The notes beneath the pieces were generated by a model. It was not told the DNA's origin and ran no database searches. It was given only the letters and a program-made list of their open reading frames with translations. The position numbers were made by a program, and so were the translations under genes. A stretch of DNA of 63,730 nt, filler included, from Collodictyon triciliatum (Eukaryota), in the NCBI GenBank assembly GCA_043381765.1. It is 17 parts of 17 records of this genome, joined end to end, with 100 filler letters (N's around TTAATTAATTAA, not from the genome) between each part and the next. Parts side by side here need not be neighbours in the genome. Positions count along the whole stretch, not along the records: positions 10,794 to 14,289 come from JBHJMP010007246.1; positions 14,390 to 17,941 come from JBHJMP010007247.1; positions 18,042 to 21,534 come from JBHJMP010007248.1; positions 21,635 to 29,120 come from JBHJMP010007249.1; 13 more parts are not named here. One strand, 5' to 3'. Within the stretch, counting starts at the first letter, position 1. Each line of letters starts with the position of its first letter. This document shows, one piece after another, positions 12,791-27,292 of this stretch.

Positions 12791-14163
12791 CATGTATATA
12801 AATTTGCAGATTATTCCATATTTCCTTAACACTCGTACCTGACTCCTTCGAATTCTCTGACCTATCCATTCTCCTAGACTATTTTGTGATTGCAATCACA
12901 ATTGTAGTCGTTGCGGTCCCAGAGGGATTACCTTTGGCCGTAACTATATCTTTGGCGTATTCGATGAAGCAAATGCACCACGAAAACAACCTTGTTCGTT
13001 ATTTAGAGGCTTGTGAGACCATGGGTGGTGTCACAACCATATGCTCCGATAAAACTGGCACGCTAACAGAGAATCGAATGACTGTTGTCCAGGTATTTTT
13101 TTTTTGGTTATGTTTTTCTTGTACGAAAACTCCATCTCATTCTGTTTTGCGTTGTACCACCAAATGCATTAGTTACTTTAAATGTATATTTTAACTGTTT
13201 ATAACAATACATGTAATTCATGAAATAATAGATGTGGTATGGTGGAGAATACAAGCAGCTGATTCCCAAGAAGGAGGATATTTCAGCACAGTTTGTGAAG
13301 TTGTTCTCGAACGCTGTATCCATTAATTCGAATGCATACATCAACCTACTATCCAATGGAAAAATGGTCAGTGTGACTTAAAAAATAAAATTATTGTTAT
13401 CACTTTATACTTAGGATGCTATCATTCACTATATAACCTATTGGACCAAATCAACAGATATTCGCTATAATAGGAGTATATTGGGAATAAAACTGAGTGC
13501 GCACTGCTATTGCTCTGCCTTCAATGGAAGGTGGATTACAAACAACTTAGACAAAAAGCAAATATTAGCCAACTTTATACTTTTTCTTCTGATCGGAAAC
13601 GAATGAGTGTGTTGCTCGCACCCGATAATGGAACAAAAAGGTTTTGGACAAATCAAATATTGACATAAATATACCCAATTTAAGTACATAGATTATACCC
13701 ACCGATATATTTTAATTTGTCTCTCAGGTTATATACAAAAGGCGCGTCTGAAATTGTACTTGCATTGTGCACTACATATATATCTGAGACAGGCCAGGTT
13801 CTTCGATTGACACATGAAGTAAGAAGGTCAATTACACAAGTTATAGAAAAAATGGCCCAACAAGGTTCCTTTCATTTCAATGACATGCTTTATTTCCTGA
13901 AATAAAATAAGTGCCCGAAAATTGAAATATAAGAAGCAATACTTTACGATTTTCTCTATTTTTTCACTTGGCATTATAATTGCTATTTATTTTTTTTTGT
14001 CTGTGGTACTCGTCTTTTATTTATATAACATCTGAGTCATCAAAAAAAAAAAAAAGCACTGAGGACCTTGTGTATTGCCTACCGGGATATAACTGACCCG
14101 GACATAATTACAAGCGAACCACCAGAGGCTGAGTTGACATTAATTGCTGTCACTGGTATCCAG
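11078..14163 (+). CDS. ATP2B: P-type IIB (PMCA-type) Ca2+-transporting ATPase, 5' part, multi-exon
   Basis: Motifs [52 protein letters not shown] (phospho-Asp), [33 protein letters not shown]. Confidence 0.95.
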
Positions 14164-14389
14164 GTATAGTCCTGCTCTTAGATTCAAACACCTAAGTGTG
14201 TCAAAAGAAAAAAAAAAAGAAAAATACTCTAGAAATCACTCCTTATTTGCTTGTGCACGCAAAAAAAAAAAAAAAAAAAGGACCCACTTNNNNNNNNNNN
14301 NNNNNNNNNNNNNNNNNNNNNNNNNNNNNNNNNTTAATTAATTAANNNNNNNNNNNNNNNNNNNNNNNNNNNNNNNNNNNNNNNNNNNN

Positions 14390-14680
14390 AATGGTTGGAT
14401 TATATCCAAGGCAAGAAACAAGAGGTAAATAGATATCGCAGAAACCCATGCACCTCATTCGACAACCAAAGCTCTTTTGCTTTGTTCTATACCATGCCTT
14501 GTTTTCCCGAGAACCAACCACTCTACTAAATCCCCTTACCAACGCGCACAGATTCAGGAACTTGCCAGCATTCGGGCCGAGTATCATGGAAAGAAGGCAA
14601 CGACACAACTCATCGAGGTTGTGGAGGAAATCGAAGAGTTTGTTGACGAGAAGCGCGAAGTTTTGCCACCCAGCAAATAA
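14390..14680 (+). CDS. EIF3B: Probable eIF3b (PRT1) C-terminal exons
   Basis: WLDYIQGKKQE|IQELASIRAEYHG...IEVVEEIEEFVDEKREVL* resembles the eIF3b C-terminal helix and acidic tail. The match is short. Confidence 0.5.
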
Positions 14681-14998
14681 CCATAAACCAAATCGAGCCT
14701 TTTGACGAGCCCAGCGTTTGCGTCCCACCACGACTCCCACCAGCAGACCTCTATACTTTCCTAGTCTGGAAAACATATGATAAAGAAACTTGCTTCCATA
14801 GACGTTGAATTTTTCCCAGCCGATCCGCACCCGAGCATCGCGGCCCGTGGCGCTTTGAACTTCGTGAGCCCTTTGCGCAAAGTAACCAACCTCAACCGAC
14901 CGGCATAGGCCAAGCAGACAAGCAAGAGAGAGAGCAACCGAGAAAGCAAGAAAGAAAAAGAAAAAGAGAGAGAAAAGAGTCAGGCACAAAACGACAGC

Positions 14999-17941
14999 AT
15001 GGACGACTGGGTTTTCCTTGAGCAAAAGCAGACAGACTCTGAAAAGCTCTTTGCCTCCGATCCGATCGCACGACGCCCGGCTGTCTCTGGCTCGGCGCTG
15101 AACCCACCGAATCGGCGTCTCTCTGGGAAGATTCCTGGCCTGACACAAAGCCCGTCAACTCCGCGCGAGGATCAAACCGCCCCAAACCGGCCTGCTTTCC
15201 AGTCTCTTCCAAGCACGCCGTTCACACCACACAACTCCGGTGTGGCTTCAGAGTCTGCGTCTGGCTCCTATCCGCGGCTCATATCAGAGTCCAGCTTCGG
15301 TCCCCAAGGAATGGGTTCGAGTGAGACCTTGACAGATGGTTCGATCGGCTTGCTCCGTGTCTCTTCGAGCCATCAGCACTCCCAAAGGCTGCTCCAAGCA
15401 TGGAATCTTGTGAAGGAGGCGCGAGCAAGGACGTGTGCGCAGAGCCATGTATATCACCACGCCTGGGAAGCCGTCATCAGCGGCTATCAACGTAGATTCC
15501 CTAGATCTAGGAAGCTTCCCCATATGCTCAGGTCGACACTGGTCGAACACAAGACTGATGAGCGTGGCCGAACAGTTTCTTCCTTGCGTGAGATTTTGGT
15601 GGATCTACAGGCCCCTTCGTTTGTTTTTAATTTTTGATGCATTATTAATATCACAGCTGAATCGCTGGTAGCAATTATATGTTTGTTTGTTTGTTTTCTT
15701 TGTTTGTTTGTTTGTTTGTTTGTTTGTTTGTTTGTTTGTTTGTTTGTTTGTTTTCTCTATTCAATTCAAGGCGTGTTTGCCTTTTATAAAGCGATTTAAA
15801 TCCATCTTTATTTAGCTGGATGCACACTGTTTTGGCTCAGAAAACGGGTGTCTTTATTCACGAGTGTTCCTTCGACTACGAGTCCCAGAAGATGACAGTC
15901 ATGTGTACTAATCTGTCGTTTAGTAATTATGCTCATCTGTTCGAGAAATGTACATACCGGGCGCATCCAGATAATCCAAATTGGACCACATTTGAACAGA
16001 TGGCATACATGAAGCTTCCATCATTGCCACTGGTTTCATCGATTGAAAATGTTGTGTTTTCAACATTTGAGAGGCACGCCAAGAATGTAGGCTTTATTTT
16101 CTGGTGAATTATTATATATAAATCACACCTTCTTTTTCTTCTTTTCTCCTTTTTCTCCTTTTCTTCTCTTTCTTCTCTTTCTTCTCTTTCTTCTCTTTCT
16201 TCTCTTTCTTCTCTTTCTTCTCTTTCTTCTCTTTCTTCTCTTTCTTCTCTTTCTTCTTTTTCTTCTNNNNNNNNNNTTCTTTTTTTCTTTTCTTTTTTTC
16301 TTTTCTTTTTTTCTTTTCTTTTTTTCTTTTCTTTTCTTTTTTTCTTTTCTTTTCTTCTTTTCTTTTTTCTTTTCTTTTCTCTTTTCTTTTTTCTTTTCTC
16401 TTTCTCTTTCTCTTTCTCTTTCTCTTTCTCTTTCTCTTTCTCTTTCTCTTTCTCTTTCTCTTTCTCTTTCTTTTTGTATATACCAGAATGATACCATTTG
16501 TTTCAGGTTGCCTTTCATGATAACAAATTAAGTCAAACAAAACGTTCAAAAGGGTCGAATTATTGACGAAGAGCTTATCAGAGAATGTCTAAATGAAAGC
16601 AATACCGGCGACCGTTCAGCATTTGTTCGGGAGCCTGTGTTCTCTCAGTCCGGTGAAAATTTGTTTGGATCCCCCCAGACACAGCGGGTGGCAGAAAAAA
16701 ACGTACCTGCCCTCGAAACTCCTATCCTATCAGTGTCTGAGCCAACCCAAGGCAGTCAAGGCTTCATGTCCAATTACTCTTGGCTGTTCGACACCTTACA
16801 TTTATCGCCGATAATACAATCAATGAACGGCCTTCTTCAAATCATATCAAAATATTTTGACACTCAAGTCAGCATCTTCTACCAGATAATGTTGCTATTG
16901 CTTTTACTTTTAATCATCCTATCTTTTTTTGATTTCTATGCGTTTGTGGCTCTCACTTCAAGTATTGTTCTGATGGTTGTCCCTATCGTTTGGGCCTTTG
17001 GGGAATACAACAGCCCAATCACAGTTGCAAGTTCTCCGGCTGAAGCAGAAAATAATGTGAGTGGCGACCAGCACATTCCATCTGCATCGGATTTATCTAC
17101 TGACACTAGAGAAAATCTTAATTCAAAGGAGCCCGAAATTTTCAAACCTGAAAACGAATTGGATATGACAGACAAAGACACGGACTCGACCCATTTACAA
17201 TCGCAATTATCATTTGCGTCCTCAGCGCCTACCGATATCGACACTTCCTCAGTCTCAATCCAGGAAGCAGGATCTAAACCAAGTCACATGAGACATCATA
17301 GTTCCAGTGTTCACCCACTCCAAGATATGCGCCCTCCCTCCGTTGATATCGATACTACAGAACTAATGAATATTGGGCAAACCCTGCAGCCCATGCTTTA
17401 CCCTGCAGACCACACAGACTATTCGTCTGAGCTCACGGATACAGCAGTCGATTCAGAATATAGCAGTTATTCGACTCCATGTGTTTATGTCTCTAGAATT
17501 GAAGTATCTGCTGTTATTGATATAACCCGAGAAGGAAAGGGTCACTTCCTGTTTGTCATCGTAACAGAAGGCAACAAATTCAGTACAGATGATTCTCGCA
17601 TCGATTTAATGCCCATGGACGCAAATATGTCAAATGATGATTTTGATGATTCTCCGGCATCCATGAATATCGTCAGTTTAGAAGAACTCATTGCATTTGA
17701 TCGTGCGTGCGAGGATTTGTGGAAAACCTTTCGTTCAAAAAGCTCAACCAAAAATGAAGCCGTGTCTGTTTCTCGAATAAATCTAACAGATATCGGCTAT
17801 TTTAAGGAAAATCCAAACTCTTCGTACCAAGATTTGCTTGATTACTATACAGCGATTTCCTCATGTGACCACGCCATCAAGACCATCGAAACACATCTCC
17901 GTGCCACCTTACAAGACCCAGCCACAGCGCGCAATAGACTC
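14999..17941 (+). CDS. PRELI/MSF1-domain protein with two TM helices and a possible PX-like C-terminal domain (3' truncated)
   Basis: HVYHHAWEAVISGYQRRFP...TNLSFSNY...EKCTYRAHPDNPNWTTFEQ is the PRELI signature. Splices to GRIIDEELI and on into ORF 16637-17941, which has a hydrophobic hairpin (IMLLLLLLLIILSFFDFYAFVALTSSIVLMVVPIVWAF). Confidence 0.8.
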
Positions 17942-18041
17942 NNNNNNNNNNNNNNNNNNNNNNNNNNNNNNNNNNNNNNNNNNNNTTAATTAATTAANNN
18001 NNNNNNNNNNNNNNNNNNNNNNNNNNNNNNNNNNNNNNNNN

Positions 18042-18225
18042 AAAGAAAAGAAAAGAAAAGAAAAGAAAAGAAAAGAAAAGAAAAGAAAAGAAAAGAAAAG
18101 AAAAGAAAAGAAAAGAAAAGAAAAGGAAAGAAAAGAAAAGAAAAGAAAAGAAAAGAAAAGAAAAGAAAAGAAAAGAAAAGAAAAGAAAAGAAAAGAAAAG
18201 AAAAGAAAAGAAAAGAAAAGAGAAG
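18042..18225. repeat. (AAAAG)n microsatellite at contig start
   Basis: Tandem pentamers. Confidence 0.95.
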
Positions 18226-18239
18226 AGAAGAATGGGTCG

Positions 18240-21200
18240 CTTTTGATGCGCGTAGTAGATTTATGTTTGGATAAACCTTAAATAGCTTTTCCAAGAATTC
18301 AGAAAGAGCGTTTATGTGCTCTGAGCTCCTGGCTGAGGCTTGATTATATTATTGTTTTGTTTTTTGTTTTTTGTTTTTTTTTAAAAAAAAAGAGAAATAT
18401 ATATTTCAGTGCATATACTCCTTATCTTCATTCCTTTTCTTTTTTTTTTTAAAAAAAAAATTCTTTCAAATATTAGGAACTGAAAATATTTTCTCACCAG
18501 ATATAGCATCCAGAACAAATGTTTCAAGAGTTCTCAGAACTTCGTCTGTGGAAATCTCGTATATGATGGGATTAAGGTTTATAAAGACACATGGGTATAT
18601 TAAAATCATGCGAGAGCAAATAATATTTATAGAAAATAAAATCGTTTAGAAAGGTAAGTATTCTCTACTTTGACGTCACCGGACTTCCACTTGGGTTCGT
18701 CATATTTGATAATATAAGCCAATCCAGCCATAAAAAACTTTAATTGTCGCTCACGCCAGAGCTACATTAATATCAAACAATGTGGCTTAGAGAAGGTAAA
18801 GAAAAGAAGATAATTAAACCAGTCCTAGCCTATTATGATAAATCTTGATTGAAGCATTATAAGAAACCTTGTAATCTTCCTCTCTCTCAAAGGCAGATAG
18901 GTCCAGTGTCTATACAGTGATTTTCTCGCTTTATTAACAATCAATCCTGCATAATAATATGGTCATTAAATTACTGCATTATGTAAAAAAAAACCTTGAC
19001 GAGGTGAAAACGATAATATAGAAGCTCCGGACGGTATATAGGTTTAAAAGGTGCATAAGGAGCCTATTGCAGAAAAATTGCGTTGAGTAATATATCAATT
19101 ATGGGTTAAAAAAATAAACATCAAGCGTCCATCGAAATATGTTGATGATATTGCCTCCTCGTATGTATATATATAAAAGTAAAGTAAATATACTTTGAGC
19201 CAGCCAATAATCCTAGAGAATTGTTTCTTCGATATTTGAAAGTAAATCCTCATTTCTTGATGCAAGTCATCAGACTCATCCTAATATAAGGCTTTCGTTT
19301 GTGAATAAGTCGATCAAATATGTAAATAAATGCGGTCTTACCCATCTTTCCGGATGTTCAAACGGGTATTTATTTAGCAATAAATAGGACTCGTACGTAG
19401 CAAGCTGCGCATGTGAATAGTCAAAATAAAAAATTACCGGGTCACCATAGCTGGGGGTTTTCATTAAATCAAGTTTTGTTTATTTATTTATTATTATTAT
19501 TTGGAAAGATGAACAAACGGATAGCTGGTCCGGATCCAGATCGATGATATTCTCCTTTACACAGTGTACAATAATTCACAAATCAATAAATTTAATGTTA
19601 GTAAAGAGGAAAGAAGCTATTAATTACACGACTATATACAATGGTACAAATGCCTTACTATGGGAGGTGGTTGCTGTTTTTTGGGGGTATTCTCAATATC
19701 GATATGAAGACTCCTCAGCAATTCGTTATTTCTGGCATAATATAAATCAAGGGGAAATATGGACAATGTCATGCGAAACATTTTCTTCAATTTCCATAAC
19801 TGAACAAGTAGATAAAACTACGAAACAAAGTGATATGATGGATTTTCTGCAAATGAAACGAAGCAAACATTTCGTAAATTTGAGAGGCCTTGTGCTGGGC
19901 AACAGGTAAAACAGCTTTCAGGTTTGCATCCGGCTGAAATGAGGCATTGGACGAAGTTCTCATGTTGACTGACTGCAACAAAACAGATTCCTTTTGTGCA
20001 GGTTGTGAAACCTGAGAGTCAGTAATAGCACGAATCTCCGGAGATTTTAGGGAGATAGGAGGTGCGAATTGCTGCGGGGACATAGTCCAAAGGTTAAGTT
20101 TTGTAGGAATTTACGGATTTACTCTACTCTCATAAATCTAATCGGATTAGGCAAACGGCTAATCCCTTGATAAAAATTGTAAAATGAAAGGAAAGAAGAA
20201 AATATTAATGCAAAAAAAAAAAAAAAAGGGAGGAAAATCTAGCATACCACAATCTCGGGGAGCTTAAATTTATTGATAACATCCACCTTATCTTGTAAAA
20301 CGGCTATCATATGGATATTTTTTTTTGGATTGATTAATTAGTTGGTTGCAGATTAATGGAGAGCCTTCAAAAAAGGATACAATAGTTTGCTCACATGCCG
20401 TGTCTTTTTTTTTTTGATTTAATATTGTTTTCCCAGGAAACATTGACTCACCACTTTGTGATTTGTTAAATTCGGCAATAGTATTTATGGCTTTCAATTT
20501 GGAAGAGGTGTCCAGTGTAAATGAAGCACTCTACACCAGAGAAAAATCGAAGATTGGATTTTTTTCTTTTGTATCACTATTTATATTGGTTGCTCTGCCT
20601 TCTCCTTTTAACAAAATCATACACATTCAACATAAGATATATAATCCAACTATACCTGATATTCACTTCTGAATGACTCATATCTCTCTACTACAGAGCT
20701 GTAGTCAATCGTAGCCTAATTTTTATTAGCATTTTGTAACAAAAACAATAATAAGCTTGCCACATAATATAGTTCACTTTTGAAGCAAATATACTGCGAA
20801 TATAAAATTAAAATATGTGTTAACATGATATAAACGACATTTTGAGGCAAGGCAGGATAAATATTTGCAAGGTTGGTTAGTGGAGCACTAACAAGATTTT
20901 TTGAGCTGCGGTTGAATTTAGTCAGGGATTCATGTTCTCTACGAGACGCGACGTACTGAGCTCGAGCAGTCTTATATAGGAGTCGATTATTAAAAGGGAT
21001 ATGAGATAGAAAAATATTCTTACATGAATAAATAGGCACAGTAATATATATATATATATATATATTGCCATCATTTTAAGAATGTTAACAAAAAAAACAT
21101 AACATCAATTTGGTATAAGGTATATTGAGAATTAAAGGTAAGAGCGAGACTCAATTCATGGCCAATTAATCACATATGCGTAGTGCCACAAGTAATGTGT

Positions 21201-21478
21201 ACATCAAAAGAAAATTTAATGAAGGTTACATCAACAACTTTCACGTCCTTCTCGAGAATAGAAGATATGGGCTTCACGAACTCGGATTGAGTCAGCTCAA
21301 CCTAAACAGAAAATGAAATAGATACACCGCTGTTGTAGTGTGCATGAATTATAATTTCCTTTTTTTTTTCGAAACAATATTTGATGCTCCTGATAAGATG
21401 CTGCAAAAAAACAAACCATTTTTGCCTGTTTCTTGTTAATGTCAGATTGCAACTGAGACACCAATAGCAGAAGTTCCG
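18240..21478 (-). CDS. Multi-exon gene, DUF810/PATROL1 (Munc13-like) family, with an N-terminal BAR-like coiled region (partial)
   Basis: Spliced exons: TYESYLLL...LHQEMRIYFQISKKQFSRII...FHLVKTLDLSAFEREEDYKLWRERQLKFFMAGL, like PATROL1 'LLQQLKxSDFxDxxEYxxWxKRxLKxLEAGL'. Upstream: EFVKPISSILEKDVKVVDTARAQYVASRREHES. Confidence 0.55.
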
Positions 21479-21634
21479 CTAATAACACGTTGATAAACAG
21501 GATAGGTTAATACTTGTATTAGACTGTATCAGTANNNNNNNNNNNNNNNNNNNNNNNNNNNNNNNNNNNNNNNNNNNNTTAATTAATTAANNNNNNNNNN
21601 NNNNNNNNNNNNNNNNNNNNNNNNNNNNNNNNNN

Positions 21635-21750
21635 CAAATCAAATCAAATCAAATCAAATCAAATCAAATCAAATCAAATCAAATCAAATCAAATCAAATC
21701 AAATCAAATCAAATCAAATCAAATCAAATCAAATCAAATCAAATCAAATC
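21635..21750. repeat. (CAAAT)n microsatellite at contig start
   Basis: Tandem pentamers. Confidence 0.95.
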
Positions 21751-21858
21751 ATTAACACTATGTGTAATATATCGCCAATATGTCCATAGTATTACCAATC
21801 TTGAAATGACGGAATAACAACATATGTTTTATTATCTAAATCAGAATTAATAATTTAG

Positions 21859-23594
<1,736 letters not shown>

Positions 23595-23972
23595 TTAGAC
23601 CTTGTCATTCGCTTTGTATTAGGAAAAAGAGAGAGAGAGAGAGAGAAAAAAAAAAAAGAAAAAAGATTGCTATCTGCATCGCTCTGTTTTCTCACTGCTA
23701 GCTTCTCAACTTAAAATAGACAACACGGGAAAGAAAAAATTAGGAAAAATAACCGGAAACATCATCCGAAATATAAACTACGCACTATATGGATACTCGA
23801 CCTAGCAGAAATAATCATGAATTGCGATTGGACTTGAAACTGTTTTAATTCCTTCCTTTCTTCATATTCCCCCCAAAGAAATCAAAATGAATAAATCAAA
23901 ATATAAATCAAGTCTAGATACGCTGACGCAGAATCCCCACTAATTGGGGCGGTGATGGGAAACGAAAGACTT

Positions 23973-26900
23973 TTATAGCCTCTTAGCGATATTCAGGCGG
24001 GTTTCTGTCTCGTGGTCGGACCCGTCAGACTCGTTGGGGTAGTATCTACCAGAGTCCTCTGACTCATCTGATTCGTTGCGGCGAATCAAAGATTTCTTGA
24101 TGCGTTTATTTATTCGATTTATTATTTTTTTAGTTCGAAATCAATAATAATTTTAAAAAACTTTTTGCTCTTTCTCCTAGTTGGAGATATAGGCGTATAT
24201 CTGTCGTAAATTATATATATTCGGCTTGCTCACAGAAGAAAATAAACGAGTGGACGAAAGAAAGCAAATACTTCATGGCGCATGGTTTCTCTTCTCAGCT
24301 GGCCAATGTCCATCACATTTTCCTCCTTGCGGGATGATCTGTAGCTGTGCCCCTATCAATCATCATGCAAAAAACATCACATAAATATAGCAATTTCCCT
24401 ACTGAAATTCCATCTAAAATGATGACGTTTTAAGGAGGATTTCAATTCTGGTATTGCTTGATTTGATTCAAACCACTAATTCTTCCTCTGTCAAAACTGA
24501 ACCCTTTGACTTTTTCGTTGGCTTTGAAGTTGTCGTCTACAAAATTCAGCAATTATATAAAGGTTTCATTTTCCTATTTTTTTTTTTTTTTTACTTTCTT
24601 ATACATTTCCCCTTAGCGTTGACTTGTGAGCAATATAAACAAACTTATGTCATTTCATGTAAAATAATTGTAAAAAACAACAACCGTATTTGAAGTGTCA
24701 GTTTCGTCAACTCCATACAAAAGCTGTGCTCCTGCTTGTTTCGAGGATTTTGTGCGGTCCTCAAATGGTTTGTACTTGCGCTTGTTTGATTGTGAGGGGA
24801 TTGTGTATTTATTGTGTAATAGCCCCTAGAGATGGATGATTTCCTCTAATTTTAGTAATTGCTCATGGGCCCAACATATATCGAGAAATGTATGTATGTA
24901 TGTATGTATGTATGTATGCATGTATGTATGTATGTATGTATGTATGTATGTATGTATGTATGTATGTATGTATGTATGTATGTATGTATNNNNNNNNNNN
25001 NNNNNNNNNNNNNNNNNNNNNNNNNNNNNNNNNNNNNNNNNNNNNNNNNNNNNNNNNNNNNNNNNNNNNNNNNNNNNNNNNNNNNNNNNNNNNNNNNNNN
25101 NNNNNNNNNNNNNNNNNNNNNNNNNNNNNNNNNNNNNNNNNNNNNNNNNNNNNNNNNNNNNNNNNNNNNNNNNNNNNNNNNNNNNNNNNNNNNNNNNNNN
25201 NNNNNNNNNNNNNNNNNNNNNNNNNNNNNNNNNNNNNNNNNNNNNNNNNNNNNNNNNNNNNNNNNNNNNNNNNNNNNNNNNNNNNNNNNNNNNNNNNNNN
25301 NNNNNNNNNNNNNNNNNNNNNNNNNNNNNNNNNNNNNNNNNNNNNNNNNNNNNNNNNNNNNNNNNNNNNNNNNNNNNNNNNNNNNNNNNNNNNNNNNNNN
25401 NNNNNNNNNNNNNNNNNNNNNNNNNNNNNNNNNNNNNNNNNNNNNNNNNNNNNNNNNNNNNNNNNNNNNNNNNNNNNNNNNNNNNNNNNNNNNNNNNNNN
25501 NNNNNNNNNNNNNNNNNNNNNNNNNNNNNNNNNNNNNNNNNNNNNNNNNNNNNNNNNNNNNNNNNNNNNNNNNNNNNNNNNNNNNNNNNNNNNNNNNNNN
25601 NNNNNNNNNNNNNNNNNNNNNNNNNNNNGTATGTATGTATGTATGTATGTATGTATGTATGTATGTATGTATGTATGTATGTATGTATGTATGTATGTAT
25701 GTATGTATGTATGTATGTATGTATGTATGTATGTATGGACTTACTTGACACTGATATATATTGCGTTCATTCTTGACAAGAATTTGGTTTTGCGATTGTT
25801 GTAAATTTATTGACTTCAAACGAAAATATTCGTCACCGATAACCAAATGGCTTGTTCCATCCTTCCATTCAACAATCCTAGTATTGGATATTTTCTAATA
25901 GAATGCTAAACTTAGTAGCATAAATCGATGGCGTTGCCTAGTATTTTTCTTTTAAAATAGACATAACAACAACAAAAGTTCGAAATATAGGAATCACTAA
26001 ACTATTCTTTCTCCATTTTCGTCATAGTCGTCCCCAAAAGTCCATCGGATTTTAACCCTTGGCTAGAAAACAAAAGAAAAAATGTATCGCAATATCAATT
26101 GCACATACCCCTCTAAAATGAGCATGAAAGTAAATAGAAGGGCTCGATATACTGGTCAGGTAAAATATTATTAATTTTATAAGCTGGCTGAAATCCATTC
26201 TAAAGGTGGATGGCTCGCTGACAAACATGAGACAAATATACAATATTATATACTAACATCAGAAGGGTTGTCATCCTTATCAACAAGACTTTCGCTCCAT
26301 GGTCGCGGATCCTCGCAAATGAACCCCGGAATGACAAGGAGAGACAGCTAAGTATATATGTGTGTATGTATGAAGAAAAATTGTACGTAGATGAAATATA
26401 TAAATAAATAAATGAATGAAAAGAAGGTAACATTGCAAGATGTCGCATTCAAAGATTGCATATAGACAACTATATCCGATGAAACCTTCGATGCCAGTGG
26501 GAAAGGTGGAATATGGTGGATTTTAAAGCGCAGAGGCTCTTGTGACGAGCTTTCGGCTGTTTCCTGGGCCCCATCAGTTCCGTCCTGGGAAGAACGAAGA
26601 AAAAGTCTGTTATATTTTGGGCAATAATAATAACAACAATAACAATAATAAAACAATAATACCACTAACAATTATAATAATAGTAACTTTAATTTACAAG
26701 TATTTTAAAAAAGAATCGCCACCCTACTTTACATGCGAAAGAAATTGTAAGAGTGAGTCCTTTGAGGAAAAAAAGGAAGTAAAACCATACCTCAGAATAT
26801 CAAGGACTCAAAGATAAAAAAAAAAAAATAGCATGCCCTGGAAAAAACAAAACAAAAGCGAGTGTACAAGGGGTGTGCTCTCACCCTTAAGTAATCAGAA

Positions 26901-27093
26901 GTGTCTCTTTGATTCTGCGCTGGCGATACGGATCGGTCTGCTTCACTTTCCGACTTTTCAACTTTCAACTCTTCATCTTTACAGAGCAAATACATTCATA
27001 TAAAAGGACAAATACACCATATACACAAAAATAAATAAATGAAATAAATAAATAGGACAAAAAAAAGAAACAAAGAAATGACAAAAAAAAAAC

Positions 27094-27134
<41 letters not shown>

Positions 27135-27292
27135 AAAAAAAAAAAAAAAAAGAGACCAAGTAAAAACGATGCGAGAGAATAGACTAGAAGGCAACAAAGA
27201 AACCCACGGTGTGACTCCGAATGGATACCTTTCGATCCCGACACTTCAGAAACGGCCTCGTCGTCTGACAAGTCTCCAAAGAACTCTTCCAT
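23973..27292 (-). CDS. LEO1: LEO1, Paf1 complex subunit (multi-exon, apparently complete; scaffold gap in an intron)
   Basis: MEEFFGDLSDDE start; VIPGFICEDPRPW; KIRWTFG..DENGERI|KISNTRIVEWKDGTSHLVIGDEYF (Leo1 core SNxRIVxWxDG); acidic tail ending ETRLNIAKRL*. Confidence 0.85.
24889..25737. repeat. (GTAT)n microsatellite flanking scaffold gap 24990-25628
   Basis: Same tetramer on both sides of the N-run. Confidence 0.95.
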
